Assembly: GCA_035480575.1 (NCBI GenBank)
Contig: DATIHR010000022.1
Coordinates: 750 to 64,749 of the forward strand
Direction: 5' to 3'
From: Candidatus Saccharimonadales bacterium
GTDB lineage: Bacteria; Patescibacteriota; Saccharimonadia; Saccharimonadales; UBA4665
DNA: 64,000 nt
Positions 29,410-39,215 of the stretch are shown here, piece after piece; within the stretch, counting starts at the first letter, position 1, and each line of letters opens with the position of its first letter. Under the pieces are notes generated by a model. That model made no database searches. It had not been told where the DNA came from and saw only the letters and a program-made list of their open reading frames with translations. The translations under genes were made by a program, and so were the position numbers.

Positions 29410-29503
29410 GATTAAAATGCTTATACTTATTAAAGCACAACACTTTCAAAGCCGGTACGTTTGTCGCCTGGTGTACAATGGATCGTAAAGGGCGAGGAGG
29501 GGT

Positions 29504-29827
29504 ATGGACAAACGTAATATGCAATATAGTGCGGTCGCCGGTATCGTAGTACTGGGGGCTATTATTGGTTTGGCTATACACCTGAGTGGTAGTGGCAATG
29601 TGGCACCGACCGCAACCACACAGCCGGATACGCGACCGCCTGTGCTAACGGTTGTACCGGATGGCAGCGGCGTTAGCTCAACCCAGGCTGCTGCAGCGTT
29701 GCAATCGCAATCCAGCCAGTCGTCTACACTTGGGGCATCTACCGGCACGCAGTCATCGCTTATGGGTCAGCCGACCCCTAGCTTGCAGAATGCCGGCAAC
29801 GGCGGTATCACCAACCTATTACGATAA
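29504..29827 (+). CDS. Membrane-anchored S/T/Q-rich protein
   Basis: GAGGAGG Shine-Dalgarno; N-terminal TM, low-complexity tail. Confidence 0.65.
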   Translation: MDKRNMQYSAVAGIVVLGAIIGLAIHLSGSGNVAPTATTQPDTRPPVLTVVPDGSGVSSTQAAAALQSQSSQSSTLGASTGTQSSLMGQPTPSLQNAGNGGITNLLR

Positions 29828-29922
29828 AGAGATTGTGTAACCTGTCTTTTCAGGAAGAACTTGTGGCGATATGGGCATGCCTGTGTTGTTACTACCCTAT
29901 CACCCCTGTATAATCAAGTGCG

Positions 29923-31701
29923 ATGCCGCAAGACCATATTCGAAATTTTTGTATTATCGCGCACATCGACCACGGCAAGTCGACACTTGCCGACCGATTG
30001 CTTGAAGTCACTGGCACGGTAGAGAAGCGCCTCATGAAAGAGCAGCTATTAGACCGCATGGATTTGGAGCGTGAACGCGGTATTACTATTAAGCTGCAAC
30101 CGGTGCGTATGGATTACCAAGGCTATCAGCTCAATCTTATAGACACCCCCGGCCACGTAGATTTTAGCTACGAAGTATCACGCAGCCTAGAAGCGTGCGA
30201 GGGTGCTATTTTAGTGGTCGATGCCACCCAGGGCATGCAGGCCCAAACGCTGGCCAATGTATATCTGGCATTAGCGGCCGACCTTACAATTATTCCGGTG
30301 CTTAACAAAATTGACTTGCCTGCAGCCGATGTGGAACGTGTTGGGGCGGAAATTGTCAGCCTGTTAGGTTGCGCGTTCGAGGATATCCTACAAATTTCGG
30401 CCAAGACCGGGCAGGGGGTGGATGCGGTACTGGAGCGCGTGATTGCCGATGTGCCGCCTCCCAGTGGCGACAAAGATACCGCAACCCGGGCGCTTATTTT
30501 TGATAGTTATTACGATGATTACCGCGGTGTTATTTTGTACATACGCGTGGTAGATGGCCGTATTGGTAAGGGCGATGGCATACATATGATGGCGTCCGGC
30601 GGCAAGGGTCTGGCGTTAGAGGTGGGTGCGCTACGGCCAGATATGTCCCCGCTTGGTGCAATTGAAACCGGCGAGATCGGCTACATTGTAACCAACCTTA
30701 AAAGTACGCGCGAAGCAAAGGTGGGCGACACTATTACGCTTACTAAACTACTCGCTACCACCCCCCTGCCCGGCTACCAAGATGTTAAGCCATTTGTATA
30801 CGCCGGGTTTTTCCCAGATAGCAACGAGCACTATCAAGAGCTAAAGGACGCTATCGAAAAACTTAGCCTCAGTGACTCTGCTCTGCAGTTCGAACCAGAA
30901 AACTCACCGGTGCTTGGCTTTGGGGTGCGGGTTGGGTTTTTGGGGTTACTACACATGGATATTGTGCGTGAACGCTTGGAGCGCGAGTACGACCTTGACC
31001 TCGTGGTCACTAATCCATCTACTGACTACCAAGTGACCATGCAAAATGGCCACGAGCTAGACATTAAAAGCGCGGCCGACTTGCCCGATGTGGCCGGTAT
31101 TGCAGAAATCCGTGAACCCTGGATTAAGGGCGAGATTGTTGCCCCCAAGCCATATGTGGGGCCACTTATACAGCTTATAAACACCAAGCGCGGCCTGCAT
31201 AAAAATCTTAGCTACTTAGACGAGCGAGCGCTCATTACCTTCGAGGCACCGCTCGCTAACTTGTTGACCGATTTTTACGATCAGCTTAAGAGTATTACTA
31301 GCGGCTACGGATCGTTTAACTACGAGCTGGCCGACTACCGCGCCGAAGACCTCGTGCGCGTTGATTTTTACGTAGCCGGCGAGAAGGTAGACAGCCTCAG
31401 TATTATGGTGCACCGTACTGAGGCCGAGCGCCTTGGCCGGAGTATTGTCGAAAAGTTAAAAGAAGTTATTCCTAGGCAGCAGTTTGCCGTTAGCTTACAA
31501 GCCGCCATTGGCGCCCGTTTTATTGCCCGCGAGGATTTGTCGGCCTTCAGGAAGGATGTGACCACCGGCCTGTACGGCGGCGATGTATCACGCAAAAAGA
31601 AGGTGCTTGCTAAGCAAGCCAAAGGTAAAAAGCGTATGAAACGTTTCGGTAAGGTAGATATTCCAGCCGAGGCATTTACCGTAATGCTCAAGCGCGATTA
31701 G
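29923..31701 (+). CDS. lepA: Elongation factor 4
   Basis: IRNFCIIAHIDHGKSTLADR, DTPGHVDF and GGDVSRKKK. Confidence 0.98.
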   Translation: MPQDHIRNFCIIAHIDHGKSTLADRLLEVTGTVEKRLMKEQLLDRMDLERERGITIKLQPVRMDYQGYQLNLIDTPGHVDFSYEVSRSLEACEGAILVVDATQGMQAQTLANVYLALAADLTIIPVLNKIDLPAADVERVGAEIVSLLGCAFEDILQISAKTGQGVDAVLERVIADVPPPSGDKDTATRALIFDSYYDDYRGVILYIRVVDGRIGKGDGIHMMASGGKGLALEVGALRPDMSPLGAIETGEIGYIVTNLKSTREAKVGDTITLTKLLATTPLPGYQDVKPFVYAGFFPDSNEHYQELKDAIEKLSLSDSALQFEPENSPVLGFGVRVGFLGLLHMDIVRERLEREYDLDLVVTNPSTDYQVTMQNGHELDIKSAADLPDVAGIAEIREPWIKGEIVAPKPYVGPLIQLINTKRGLHKNLSYLDERALITFEAPLANLLTDFYDQLKSITSGYGSFNYELADYRAEDLVRVDFYVAGEKVDSLSIMVHRTEAERLGRSIVEKLKEVIPRQQFAVSLQAAIGARFIAREDLSAFRKDVTTGLYGGDVSRKKKVLAKQAKGKKRMKRFGKVDIPAEAFTVMLKRD

Positions 31702-32195
31702 GCTGCTGGCATGAGATTGGCGGCCCTGCGTATGGCGGGCCAGGTTTCTGGAACGTACTGGACTATGCTGCCGCCAGTGGTCCGGTCGGTTGGCTTGATA
31801 TTTGATACGTGCGGTACGAACAACCGTGCGGCATCCATTAGTGGCCGGCCGGCAATAACAACTATCCCGTGGTAGTCCGAAGGGTCAGAGCCCGTCTCGT
31901 GCACGGCGCGGGTGAGTGTGAAGTCTAGATCTACTATGCTGTCAGGATACGCACTGGCGGTGTCTAACGATGGGGCCGCGAGTACGGTGGCGCCGAGCTC
32001 TACGCATATCATGGCGGCCGATTCTTGCTTATATCGTTCGGTGCCGCTCATGACAAGGGCGCGTTCGCCGAGCCCTTGTGCCCGTAGCCAGTCGCCTGCC
32101 CGGGTCATTTGCTCAAGCCCTAGCAAGTTCAATTGTCCTCGGTCAATATCAATAGCCCCACCCTGTACTAGATATACTGGTGATTGTAGCCCCAT
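31698..32195 (-). CDS. Degenerate SixA/histidine-phosphatase-like protein
   Basis: VYLVQGG...LNLLGLEQMTRAGDWLRAQGL...KQESAAMI follows the fold pattern but lacks the catalytic residues. Confidence 0.5.
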   Translation of the reverse strand: MGLQSPVYLVQGGAIDIDRGQLNLLGLEQMTRAGDWLRAQGLGERALVMSGTERYKQESAAMICVELGATVLAAPSLDTASAYPDSIVDLDFTLTRAVHETGSDPSDYHGIVVIAGRPLMDAARLFVPHVSNIKPTDRTTGGSIVQYVPETWPAIRRAANLMPAA

Positions 32196-32276
32196 ACGCG
32201 TTACCTCGTTATTTACATCAATTAAATCTCAAATACAAGATTTTGCAAGACCCGCGCTTGTGCCATAATAGAACAA

Positions 32277-32969
32277 ATGGATGGTACGAACTACACACCG
32301 AATCCGGAGGTATTAGAGCGGCTCAAAGGCATTCACTTCTTAGGCGTGGTGGGGCCGACGGCAGCTGGTAAATCGACACTTATTAAGGAAGCTTTGGCAC
32401 GTGAACCCAGCTTACACATGGTGCGTAACCATACGAGCCGCCCCCCGCGCGAAGGCGAGCAAGATCGTACCGAAGTTATTTTCCACCCGCGCCAAGAAAT
32501 GGAATGGCGGATCGATAAGGGCGAATACGTACAGGTTGCCCCCAGCTTTTTTGGCGATTTGTACGCAACCGGCCCAGACGATTACAGTACCGATGGCATT
32601 GCGGTACTGCCCATACTTGCCGATGCAGTGCCGATTTTTCGCACGCTGCCGTTTAAACAGTTCGATTGTATTTTTGTTGTGCCACCTAGTTGGGACGTAT
32701 GGCTGCGCCGCATTAGCCACCACCACTTTACGCTCGATAAGTTGGAGCGACGCATGCAGGAGGCCGAGCGTTCGCTTGCTTATGCGCTTGTTGACCCCGA
32801 CATCAAAATGCTGATAGATCTAGATGTACAAACAGGTGTCGACGATATGCTGACGCTCGCACTGGGCAAGCCTATGTCGGAACGGCTGAGTGCCGATCAG
32901 CAACGTGGTCGCGAACTAGCCGCCGAACTGCTGATGCGCATGAAACAGAGCGACAGCCAGCGAGAATAA
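32277..32969 (+). CDS. Guanylate kinase-like protein 1
   Basis: GPTAAGKST and HTSRPPREGE. Confidence 0.8.
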   Translation: MDGTNYTPNPEVLERLKGIHFLGVVGPTAAGKSTLIKEALAREPSLHMVRNHTSRPPREGEQDRTEVIFHPRQEMEWRIDKGEYVQVAPSFFGDLYATGPDDYSTDGIAVLPILADAVPIFRTLPFKQFDCIFVVPPSWDVWLRRISHHHFTLDKLERRMQEAERSLAYALVDPDIKMLIDLDVQTGVDDMLTLALGKPMSERLSADQQRGRELAAELLMRMKQSDSQRE

Positions 32970-33038
32970 CACGCCGAATACTTATCATGTTAAGTATATT
33001 GTGCTGGAAAATTCGTCATTTTCCTGTATAGTGTACCT

Positions 33039-33839
33039 ATGGAACCGCACGGGCCTATTCTTTTAGGTAGTATGCAAACGGGCACTCCCGCGCAGCCCGG
33101 TACAACGCCGCACCTTGTGCGGCGTTTAGAGTTTAAAGAGGCCCTGTACAATTACAAACCTAGCCCCGAAGCCCGTACGGTCGTACAGGCAACACCTATG
33201 GTGCTGCTCGTTGGCCCCAGTGCCTCTGGCCGTAATACCATCATTACCGAGTTACTTAAGACCGGCCGGTACCACTTTATTGTTTCCGATACGACCCGGC
33301 CGCCGCGGGTAAACAACGGCATCCTCGAGCGTAACGGGGTAGAGTACTGGTTTATTAGCGAAGACGACATGCTAGAGGGTATTCAGCAGGGCGAATACCT
33401 CGAGGCCGAGATTGTATTTGGCCAGCAAGTTTCCGGTACGAGTGTGCGCGAGTTACGTAAGACGCAGCAAGAGGGCCGTATTGCAATTACCGACATCGAC
33501 GTTGGCGGCATAAATGCCATTATGCACACGAAGCCTGACACCATCGCCCTATTACTGCTACCTCCCAGTTTCGAAATATGGCAGCAACGTCTTCACCAGC
33601 GTGGTGACATGACCTTAGATGAAAAACGTCGCCGCTTCGAAACGGCATGCCGCATATTCGCAGCATGCGCTAACGACCACCGGGTAACCATTATCATTAA
33701 CGATAACCTAGAGCGGGCTGTACAGCAGGTGCGTCGTATTGCCGAAGATGGGGCGGTAGATGCTGCTGAGCAAGCCCGTGGCCGCGCTATAGCCGAACGG
33801 CTACTGATCGACACGCAAACATTGCTAAAACGTATGTAG
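33039..33839 (+). CDS. gmk: Guanylate kinase-like protein 2
   Basis: GPSASGRNT, TTRPPR, GVEYWFIS and LLPPSFEIW. Confidence 0.8.
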   Translation: MEPHGPILLGSMQTGTPAQPGTTPHLVRRLEFKEALYNYKPSPEARTVVQATPMVLLVGPSASGRNTIITELLKTGRYHFIVSDTTRPPRVNNGILERNGVEYWFISEDDMLEGIQQGEYLEAEIVFGQQVSGTSVRELRKTQQEGRIAITDIDVGGINAIMHTKPDTIALLLLPPSFEIWQQRLHQRGDMTLDEKRRRFETACRIFAACANDHRVTIIINDNLERAVQQVRRIAEDGAVDAAEQARGRAIAERLLIDTQTLLKRM

Positions 33840-33851
33840 TACACTACGCGT

Positions 33852-34361
33852 ATGAAAGAGCAAGATTTTAGGACCGCGTTTCAAGATAAGTTGAAGGAGT
33901 TTGACCACGTGCACCATGTAAGTGGCTACATTAACTCTGGTCACGAGAGAGGGCTGCGCATTGGTGCGTTTTGGTATATCCAAAAAGAACCGCGCAAAAT
34001 GAGGGCCCATATTTTGTTGTCAGATACGCTTTCCAACGACAGGCTAGCCGTCTATGAAGGCGTGCCAGCAAAATATGATTATCAAGGCAGTTCGCAGTAC
34101 AAAGCCCAGATTCCCGTAAACCAAGACTTGGCACCAGTTGCACCAGCCCAGATGCTGGCAGAGTTTGAATATATTGGTCCTGATGGGCGCATGATTAGAC
34201 CAACGTGTGCAGAAGGCGCACGGCCTCGAACGATAGTGGGTGCGTTGCCGCGGGGCACACGACTTATACTGTCTACACAGTTCCGAGAACCGAGATGGAA
34301 TCTTGGCGGTGTACCGTTTTCGGTGGTCGACCCGGTTGTGCTGCCTAGCTCGCACGTTTGA
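33852..34361 (+). CDS. Hypothetical protein
   Basis: 169-aa ORF filling the gap between gmk and hrcA. Confidence 0.55.
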   Translation: MKEQDFRTAFQDKLKEFDHVHHVSGYINSGHERGLRIGAFWYIQKEPRKMRAHILLSDTLSNDRLAVYEGVPAKYDYQGSSQYKAQIPVNQDLAPVAPAQMLAEFEYIGPDGRMIRPTCAEGARPRTIVGALPRGTRLILSTQFREPRWNLGGVPFSVVDPVVLPSSHV

Positions 34362-34431
34362 TGTAGTGCTAAGCGAGAAGGTTCTAGCACTCTTGACTCG
34401 CAGTGCTCTATGTTGGCTATCTTGAGGTTTG

Positions 34432-34469
34432 CTAGCACTCTTGACGCTGGACTGCTAATCTTTTACTAT
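34432..34469 (+). promoter_or_regulatory. CIRCE operator overlapping the hrcA promoter
   Basis: CTAGCACTC-TTGACGCTG-GACTGCTAA; -35 TTGACG lies in the spacer and -10 TACTAT is at 34464. A more degenerate copy (8-nt spacer) is at 34384-34409. Confidence 0.85.
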
Positions 34470-34478
34470 AAGAGCAAT

Positions 34479-35213
34479 ATGACGGAGCGTCAGAAGCAGA
34501 TTTTATGTTCGATTGTCGAGCAGTATGCCGAAGTGGCCAGCCCGGTTGGTTCTAACCTGCTTGCTAAAGCGTTTGGGGTTAGTAGTGCCACCATTCGTGC
34601 CGAAATGGCTGAACTAGAGCGTATGGGGTATATTGCACAACCGCACACCAGCGCCGGCCGCGTGCCAACCGATAAAGGCTACCGGTTTTACGTCAATACA
34701 CTAGCCGAAGAAAAGGGTAGTGTGCCCAACGCCAACGCCCAGCGTGCCCTGAGTGCCCGGGTGCACGATGCCGGTATGCCGGAGCGTACCATTCGCAACG
34801 CCGTCGATACGCTCGTAGAACTAACCCATAACCTTGGCCTTGCAACCATTGGCAACCAGCTGTACATGAGCGGCCTGTCTAATTTGTTTGGCCAGCCGGA
34901 GTTTATGCAGGCGGGGCAGGTGCGCCAGGTAGCCGAATTACTTGATAACTTAGAGCCATGGCTCCGCGAAGCTGCACCCAACCAGCCGCTGAGTGTATAC
35001 ATAGGTCGCGAGAATCCCATTGGCCGTAGCGCGGGCTGTTCGCTTATTATCAGCCGATTCGTTAGCCCATATAGCGACCGCAGTTATATAGGCGTGCTCG
35101 GGCCGACTCGCCAAAATTACCGCGATGTTATGACGCTGGTAGGGCGTGCCGGTAAAACGCTCGAAGAAGTATTGTATGATGGACCTGTCGCTCCCCAAGG
35201 ACTCCTTAATTGA
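34479..35213 (+). CDS. hrcA: Heat-inducible transcription repressor, short form
   Basis: MTERQKQIL, SSATIRAEMAELE, PHTSAGRVPTDKGYRFYV and GVLGPTR. Confidence 0.95.
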   Translation: MTERQKQILCSIVEQYAEVASPVGSNLLAKAFGVSSATIRAEMAELERMGYIAQPHTSAGRVPTDKGYRFYVNTLAEEKGSVPNANAQRALSARVHDAGMPERTIRNAVDTLVELTHNLGLATIGNQLYMSGLSNLFGQPEFMQAGQVRQVAELLDNLEPWLREAAPNQPLSVYIGRENPIGRSAGCSLIISRFVSPYSDRSYIGVLGPTRQNYRDVMTLVGRAGKTLEEVLYDGPVAPQGLLN

Positions 35214-35242
35214 TTTAAAAAGCGCGAAAGTACGAAAAGACG

Positions 35243-35725
35243 ATGGCAAAGAAACAACCCGACGAACCACTCGAAGACGAACTATTACACCTCCAGCAAC
35301 AGGTGACCGATTTAACCGATGCGCTGCAGCGCGAACGCGCTGATGCAACAAATATCCGCCGCCACCACGAACAGCAGTTTGCGAGCGTACGTACACTTGC
35401 CAAGGTTGGTGTAGTACGCGATCTTTTGCCGGTTATTGATAATTTTGAGCGCGCCTTAAAGCACGTTCCGAAAGATCTAGAAGGCAACGATTTCGTAAAA
35501 GGCGTGCAGGGCGTTGTAAAGCAATTTGACGCAACGCTTGCCGGTATGGGCGTGCAAAAGATTAAAACCGTGGGCGAGCCGTTTGACCCACGCTACCACG
35601 AAGCAGTCAGCATGGACGAGGGCGATGGTGGCGACCAAGAGGTTGTAAGCGAAGAGCTACAATCCGGCTACACCATGGGCGACGAAGTTATACGCCACGC
35701 CATGGTGCGGGTAACGCTCCAGTAA
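35243..35725 (+). CDS. grpE: Nucleotide exchange factor GrpE
   Basis: LLPVIDNFERAL, FDPRYHEAV and GYTMGDEVIRHAMV. Confidence 0.95.
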   Translation: MAKKQPDEPLEDELLHLQQQVTDLTDALQRERADATNIRRHHEQQFASVRTLAKVGVVRDLLPVIDNFERALKHVPKDLEGNDFVKGVQGVVKQFDATLAGMGVQKIKTVGEPFDPRYHEAVSMDEGDGGDQEVVSEELQSGYTMGDEVIRHAMVRVTLQ

Positions 35726-35737
35726 TATCAAATACAC

Positions 35738-36307
35738 TTAGGTACGTTCCCGGAATACTACCGGCGCTGGTAGTTCTTGGCTGTCGGGCACGGCAGGCAT
35801 ACCGCGGCTGTGCGTAAACGTTAAGACCGCAAGACTGGTAGCCGCGAGGCCTAGGCCTATATATCCGAAGGCTTCTGCGGTTAGGGGAGAGGTACCAACC
35901 ACACCGGTACCGATAACAAGCAACCCGCCGCCTATGCGGTTTACGGTTCGCTGCTGTTTGGCGCGGCGCCGGAGTAATAGCTCGAGTGCGACACCTTTCG
36001 TTACGTCATTTTGGACAACGTCAGAATGTGGCAGAGTTACTACCAGGTCATCCTTGTATTGGAAGTCTATGCCAGTCTCGCGGGCGAGATTTATGACCAG
36101 CCGGTGATCGTCTGCGCCCACATGCAATGCTTCCCCTGTATTGACAATAACGATCCGGGGTTGTCTGGGAAGCGGTACCTTGAGTTGTTCGGCTAATGCA
36201 GCCAGGGCAAGGGCCTCGGGTTCTAGGGTTACATTGCGTGCCGCTATTAACCACTCGATGCTCGGACTGGCTGCTACAGTTAGTGTGTTTGGTGATTGTT
36301 CGGGCAT
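35738..36307 (-). CDS. Hypothetical protein with two C-terminal TMs
   Basis: ORF on the opposite strand between grpE and dnaK. Confidence 0.6.
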   Translation of the reverse strand: MPEQSPNTLTVAASPSIEWLIAARNVTLEPEALALAALAEQLKVPLPRQPRIVIVNTGEALHVGADDHRLVINLARETGIDFQYKDDLVVTLPHSDVVQNDVTKGVALELLLRRRAKQQRTVNRIGGGLLVIGTGVVGTSPLTAEAFGYIGLGLAATSLAVLTFTHSRGMPAVPDSQELPAPVVFRERT

Positions 36308-36345
36308 AGGACTATTATAGGCGCAGAAAGCAAGTCGGAAGTTTA

Positions 36346-36419
36346 TTAGCACTCTTGACAGCCGAGTGCTAAAAAATTATGCTAGAATGGTCTTAGCACT
36401 CAACCAACTATACTGCTAA
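36346..36419 (+). promoter_or_regulatory. Tandem CIRCE operators and dnaK promoter
   Basis: Perfect TTAGCACTC-TTGACAGCC-GAGTGCTAA (36346-36372) and TTAGCACTC-N9-TACTGCTAA (36393-36419); TTGACA-17-TATGCT. Confidence 0.92.
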
Positions 36420-36435
36420 AAAGGAGCGATGAATT

Positions 36436-38346
36436 ATGGGAAAGATTATAGGTATCGACTTAGGGACAACCAACTCGGCTATGGCTGTTATGCAAAGCGG
36501 CAAGCCGGATATTATTGCCAACAGCGAAGGCGCACGCACCACGCCAAGTGTCGTGGCTATTAACAAAAACGGCGAACGTTTAGTGGGCCAGGTTGCCCGC
36601 CGCCAGCAGGTTACGAACTCTAAGAACACTATTTACGAAGTGAAGCGTCTTATTGGCCGTCGCTGGGAAGACAAAGAAGTCCAGCGCGACCTTAAACTTA
36701 TGGGCTACGAGATCGTTAAGAGTGGCAATGCTGTAAAGGTTAAAATGGGCGATAAAGAGTACAGCCCCGAGGAAATTAGCGCCATGGTACTTGGCAAGCT
36801 AAAGGCCGACGCCGAGGCATTCCTTGGCCAGCCGGTAAGCGAAGCGGTTATTACCGTGCCAGCGTACTTTGATGACAGCCAACGCCAGGCCACCAAAGAC
36901 GCCGGTAAAATTGCTGGCTTGGAAGTGAAGCGCATTATTAACGAGCCGACTGCCGCAGCCCTAGCCTACGGCCTGGACAAGGGCAATAAGAAAGACGAAA
37001 AGATTGCCGTATACGACCTTGGCGGTGGCACATTTGACGTTTCGATTCTAGAGCTAGGCGAGGGTGTGTTTGAAGTAAAAAGCACTAATGGCGATACGCA
37101 TCTTGGTGGCGCCGACTTCGACCGCGTGCTTGTCAACTACTTTGCTGACGAATTTAAGAAAGAGCATGGTATAGATATTAGCGACGACAAAGCCGCCATG
37201 CAGCGCCTACGCGACGAAGCCGAAAAAGCTAAGATTGAGTTGTCTACCGCACAAGAAGTAGACATTAACCTGCCATTCTTAACCGCCGACGCCGACGGGC
37301 CGAAGCACTTCGAGCACAAGTTGAGCCGCGCCAAACTTGAGAGCCTGGTTGCAGAGCTTATTAGTAAGACTGCCGATCCTTGCGAGAAGGCACTTAAAGA
37401 CGCGGGGCTGAGCGCCAGCGACATTAACGCTGTGGTATTGGTTGGTGGTATGACCCGCATGCCAGCCGTACAAGAGAAGGTAAAGCAGATCTTTGGCAAA
37501 GACCCTATGAAGGGCGTTAACCCGGACGAAGTCGTCGCCATTGGCGCAGCTATCCAAGGTGGCGTACTGCAGGGCGATGTTAAGGATGTGTTGCTGCTGG
37601 ACGTTACCCCGCTGTCTTTGGGTATTGAGACCATGGGCGGTGTTATGACCAAGCTTATTGACCGCAACACAACCATTCCTACCAGCAAGAGCGAAGTCTT
37701 CAGCACGGCTGCCGACAATCAACCCCAGGTAGAGGTACACGTACTGCAGGGCGAACGCGGCATGGCCGGCGACAATAAGAGCTTGGGCCGGTTTATCTTA
37801 GATGGCATTCCCCCCGCGCCACGTGGCATTCCACAAATTGAAGTTACCTTTAACATCGACGCCAACGGTATTTTGAACGTCACTGCCAAGGATAAAGGTA
37901 CTAGCAAAGAGCAGAGCATTACCATCAGTGGCAGTGGCAACCTGGATAAGACCGAGGTGGAAAAAATGGCCAAAGAGGCCGAAGCCAACGCAGAGGAAGA
38001 CCGCAAGAAGCGCGACGCCGTAGAAGCCCGCAACGTGCTCGAAAATTCTATCTATCAGGCCGAGAAGCTCAAGAGCGACTACAAGGACAAGCTGGCCGAA
38101 GAAGACGTAAAAGGCTTAGACGAAGCCATCGAAGCAGCCAAAAAGGTAGCTAAAGACGAAAAGGCCGATAAAGATGCGCTAGAAGCAGCCGCTAAGGCGC
38201 TGAACGACAAGATTATGCCCATTGGCGCCAAAATGTACGAATCCGCCAAGGACGAAGCTCCGGCCGAAGACGCTGAAGCTGCGGCTGACAAAAAGAAAGA
38301 CAAAGATGACGATGCCGTAGAGGGCGAAGTCGTCGACGAAAAATAA
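36436..38346 (+). CDS. dnaK: Chaperone DnaK
   Basis: [19 protein letters not shown] and the Hsp70 layout. Confidence 0.98.
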   Translation: MGKIIGIDLGTTNSAMAVMQSGKPDIIANSEGARTTPSVVAINKNGERLVGQVARRQQVTNSKNTIYEVKRLIGRRWEDKEVQRDLKLMGYEIVKSGNAVKVKMGDKEYSPEEISAMVLGKLKADAEAFLGQPVSEAVITVPAYFDDSQRQATKDAGKIAGLEVKRIINEPTAAALAYGLDKGNKKDEKIAVYDLGGGTFDVSILELGEGVFEVKSTNGDTHLGGADFDRVLVNYFADEFKKEHGIDISDDKAAMQRLRDEAEKAKIELSTAQEVDINLPFLTADADGPKHFEHKLSRAKLESLVAELISKTADPCEKALKDAGLSASDINAVVLVGGMTRMPAVQEKVKQIFGKDPMKGVNPDEVVAIGAAIQGGVLQGDVKDVLLLDVTPLSLGIETMGGVMTKLIDRNTTIPTSKSEVFSTAADNQPQVEVHVLQGERGMAGDNKSLGRFILDGIPPAPRGIPQIEVTFNIDANGILNVTAKDKGTSKEQSITISGSGNLDKTEVEKMAKEAEANAEEDRKKRDAVEARNVLENSIYQAEKLKSDYKDKLAEEDVKGLDEAIEAAKKVAKDEKADKDALEAAAKALNDKIMPIGAKMYESAKDEAPAEDAEAAADKKKDKDDDAVEGEVVDEK

Positions 38347-38364
38347 AAAAGTAAGTTCTTTACC

Positions 38365-38793
38365 ATGGAACTCCATAAGGAATATTGGCCGGATGTACAA
38401 CAGTACTGTGCCACTATTCTTGATGGAATACAGGCAAAGCGGCAATGGGTGTTGTGGCCTGTTGCCCGCACTGTATGTATCAAATACAGTTGGCGAGCTG
38501 ACCAGCCTACCCCACCACACGACGAGCAGCTAGGGCTGTATAAAGATCAGCTCTTGCTGCTCGGGTGGACCACGCTTACACACGAACTGACAATTCCGGA
38601 TTATCCGTATCCGCGTGTCATGCGTTTTAATCCAGACGAGGAACGAGTGTACGATGCACTTCCTTGGAAGGGATGGCACGCTCCTCGGGGCTGGCGGCAG
38701 TTAGGTCAGGAACATTACGATTTAATGTACGATGCCCTTGCCCGCGGCGCTGCTGCCAGGCAGCAAGAGCGGCAAGGGGGAAGCGCGCTTTGA
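38365..38793 (+). CDS. Hypothetical protein
   Basis: 142-aa ORF directly after dnaK. Confidence 0.55.
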   Translation: MELHKEYWPDVQQYCATILDGIQAKRQWVLWPVARTVCIKYSWRADQPTPPHDEQLGLYKDQLLLLGWTTLTHELTIPDYPYPRVMRFNPDEERVYDALPWKGWHAPRGWRQLGQEHYDLMYDALARGAAARQQERQGGSAL

Positions 38794-38827
38794 CAAACCA
38801 AAAGTGGCAGGCGACAATAGGAGTACT

Positions 38828-39196
38828 ATGTTAGGACTAACCCATAAAGACGCAAATGCAGATAAGCTAACCGTGCAGGTGCATACCATAGCCGGTAGTG
38901 AAGTGTTTGGGTTGGCCCAAAAAATCTGGGGCGAAAATGTTCGCTCGCTGCGCGTAGACCCGGAATCTGGCAAGGAATTCCTGCATTTCGGCTACGCTAA
39001 CCCAAAGTGCGTGGTTTGGCTGCAGCACGATAAGGGGCGGAACGACATTTACGAGCTTATCGTAAACTGGCAAAGCACTGGTACGCACGAGGTATATGTT
39101 ATTATTGCCGGCGACGCCCAGCCAGTGGGCGACGACACAAGGGCCAAGGCCGTATTAAACAGTATGCTCATTACCCCTTCGGTGGTATTGACCTAA
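38828..39196 (+). CDS. Hypothetical protein
   Basis: Start reassigned to the ATG at 38828, which follows TTGACA-17-GACAAT and AGGAG. Confidence 0.6.
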   Translation: MLGLTHKDANADKLTVQVHTIAGSEVFGLAQKIWGENVRSLRVDPESGKEFLHFGYANPKCVVWLQHDKGRNDIYELIVNWQSTGTHEVYVIIAGDAQPVGDDTRAKAVLNSMLITPSVVLT

Positions 39197-39215
39197 AAGG
39201 CTCTAATTTACACTT

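Noticed and set aside
38732-38827. N-terminal extension of the second dnaK-dnaJ insert, as in the ORF track
   Set aside because: It overlaps the previous gene; a promoter and RBS point to the ATG at 38828.
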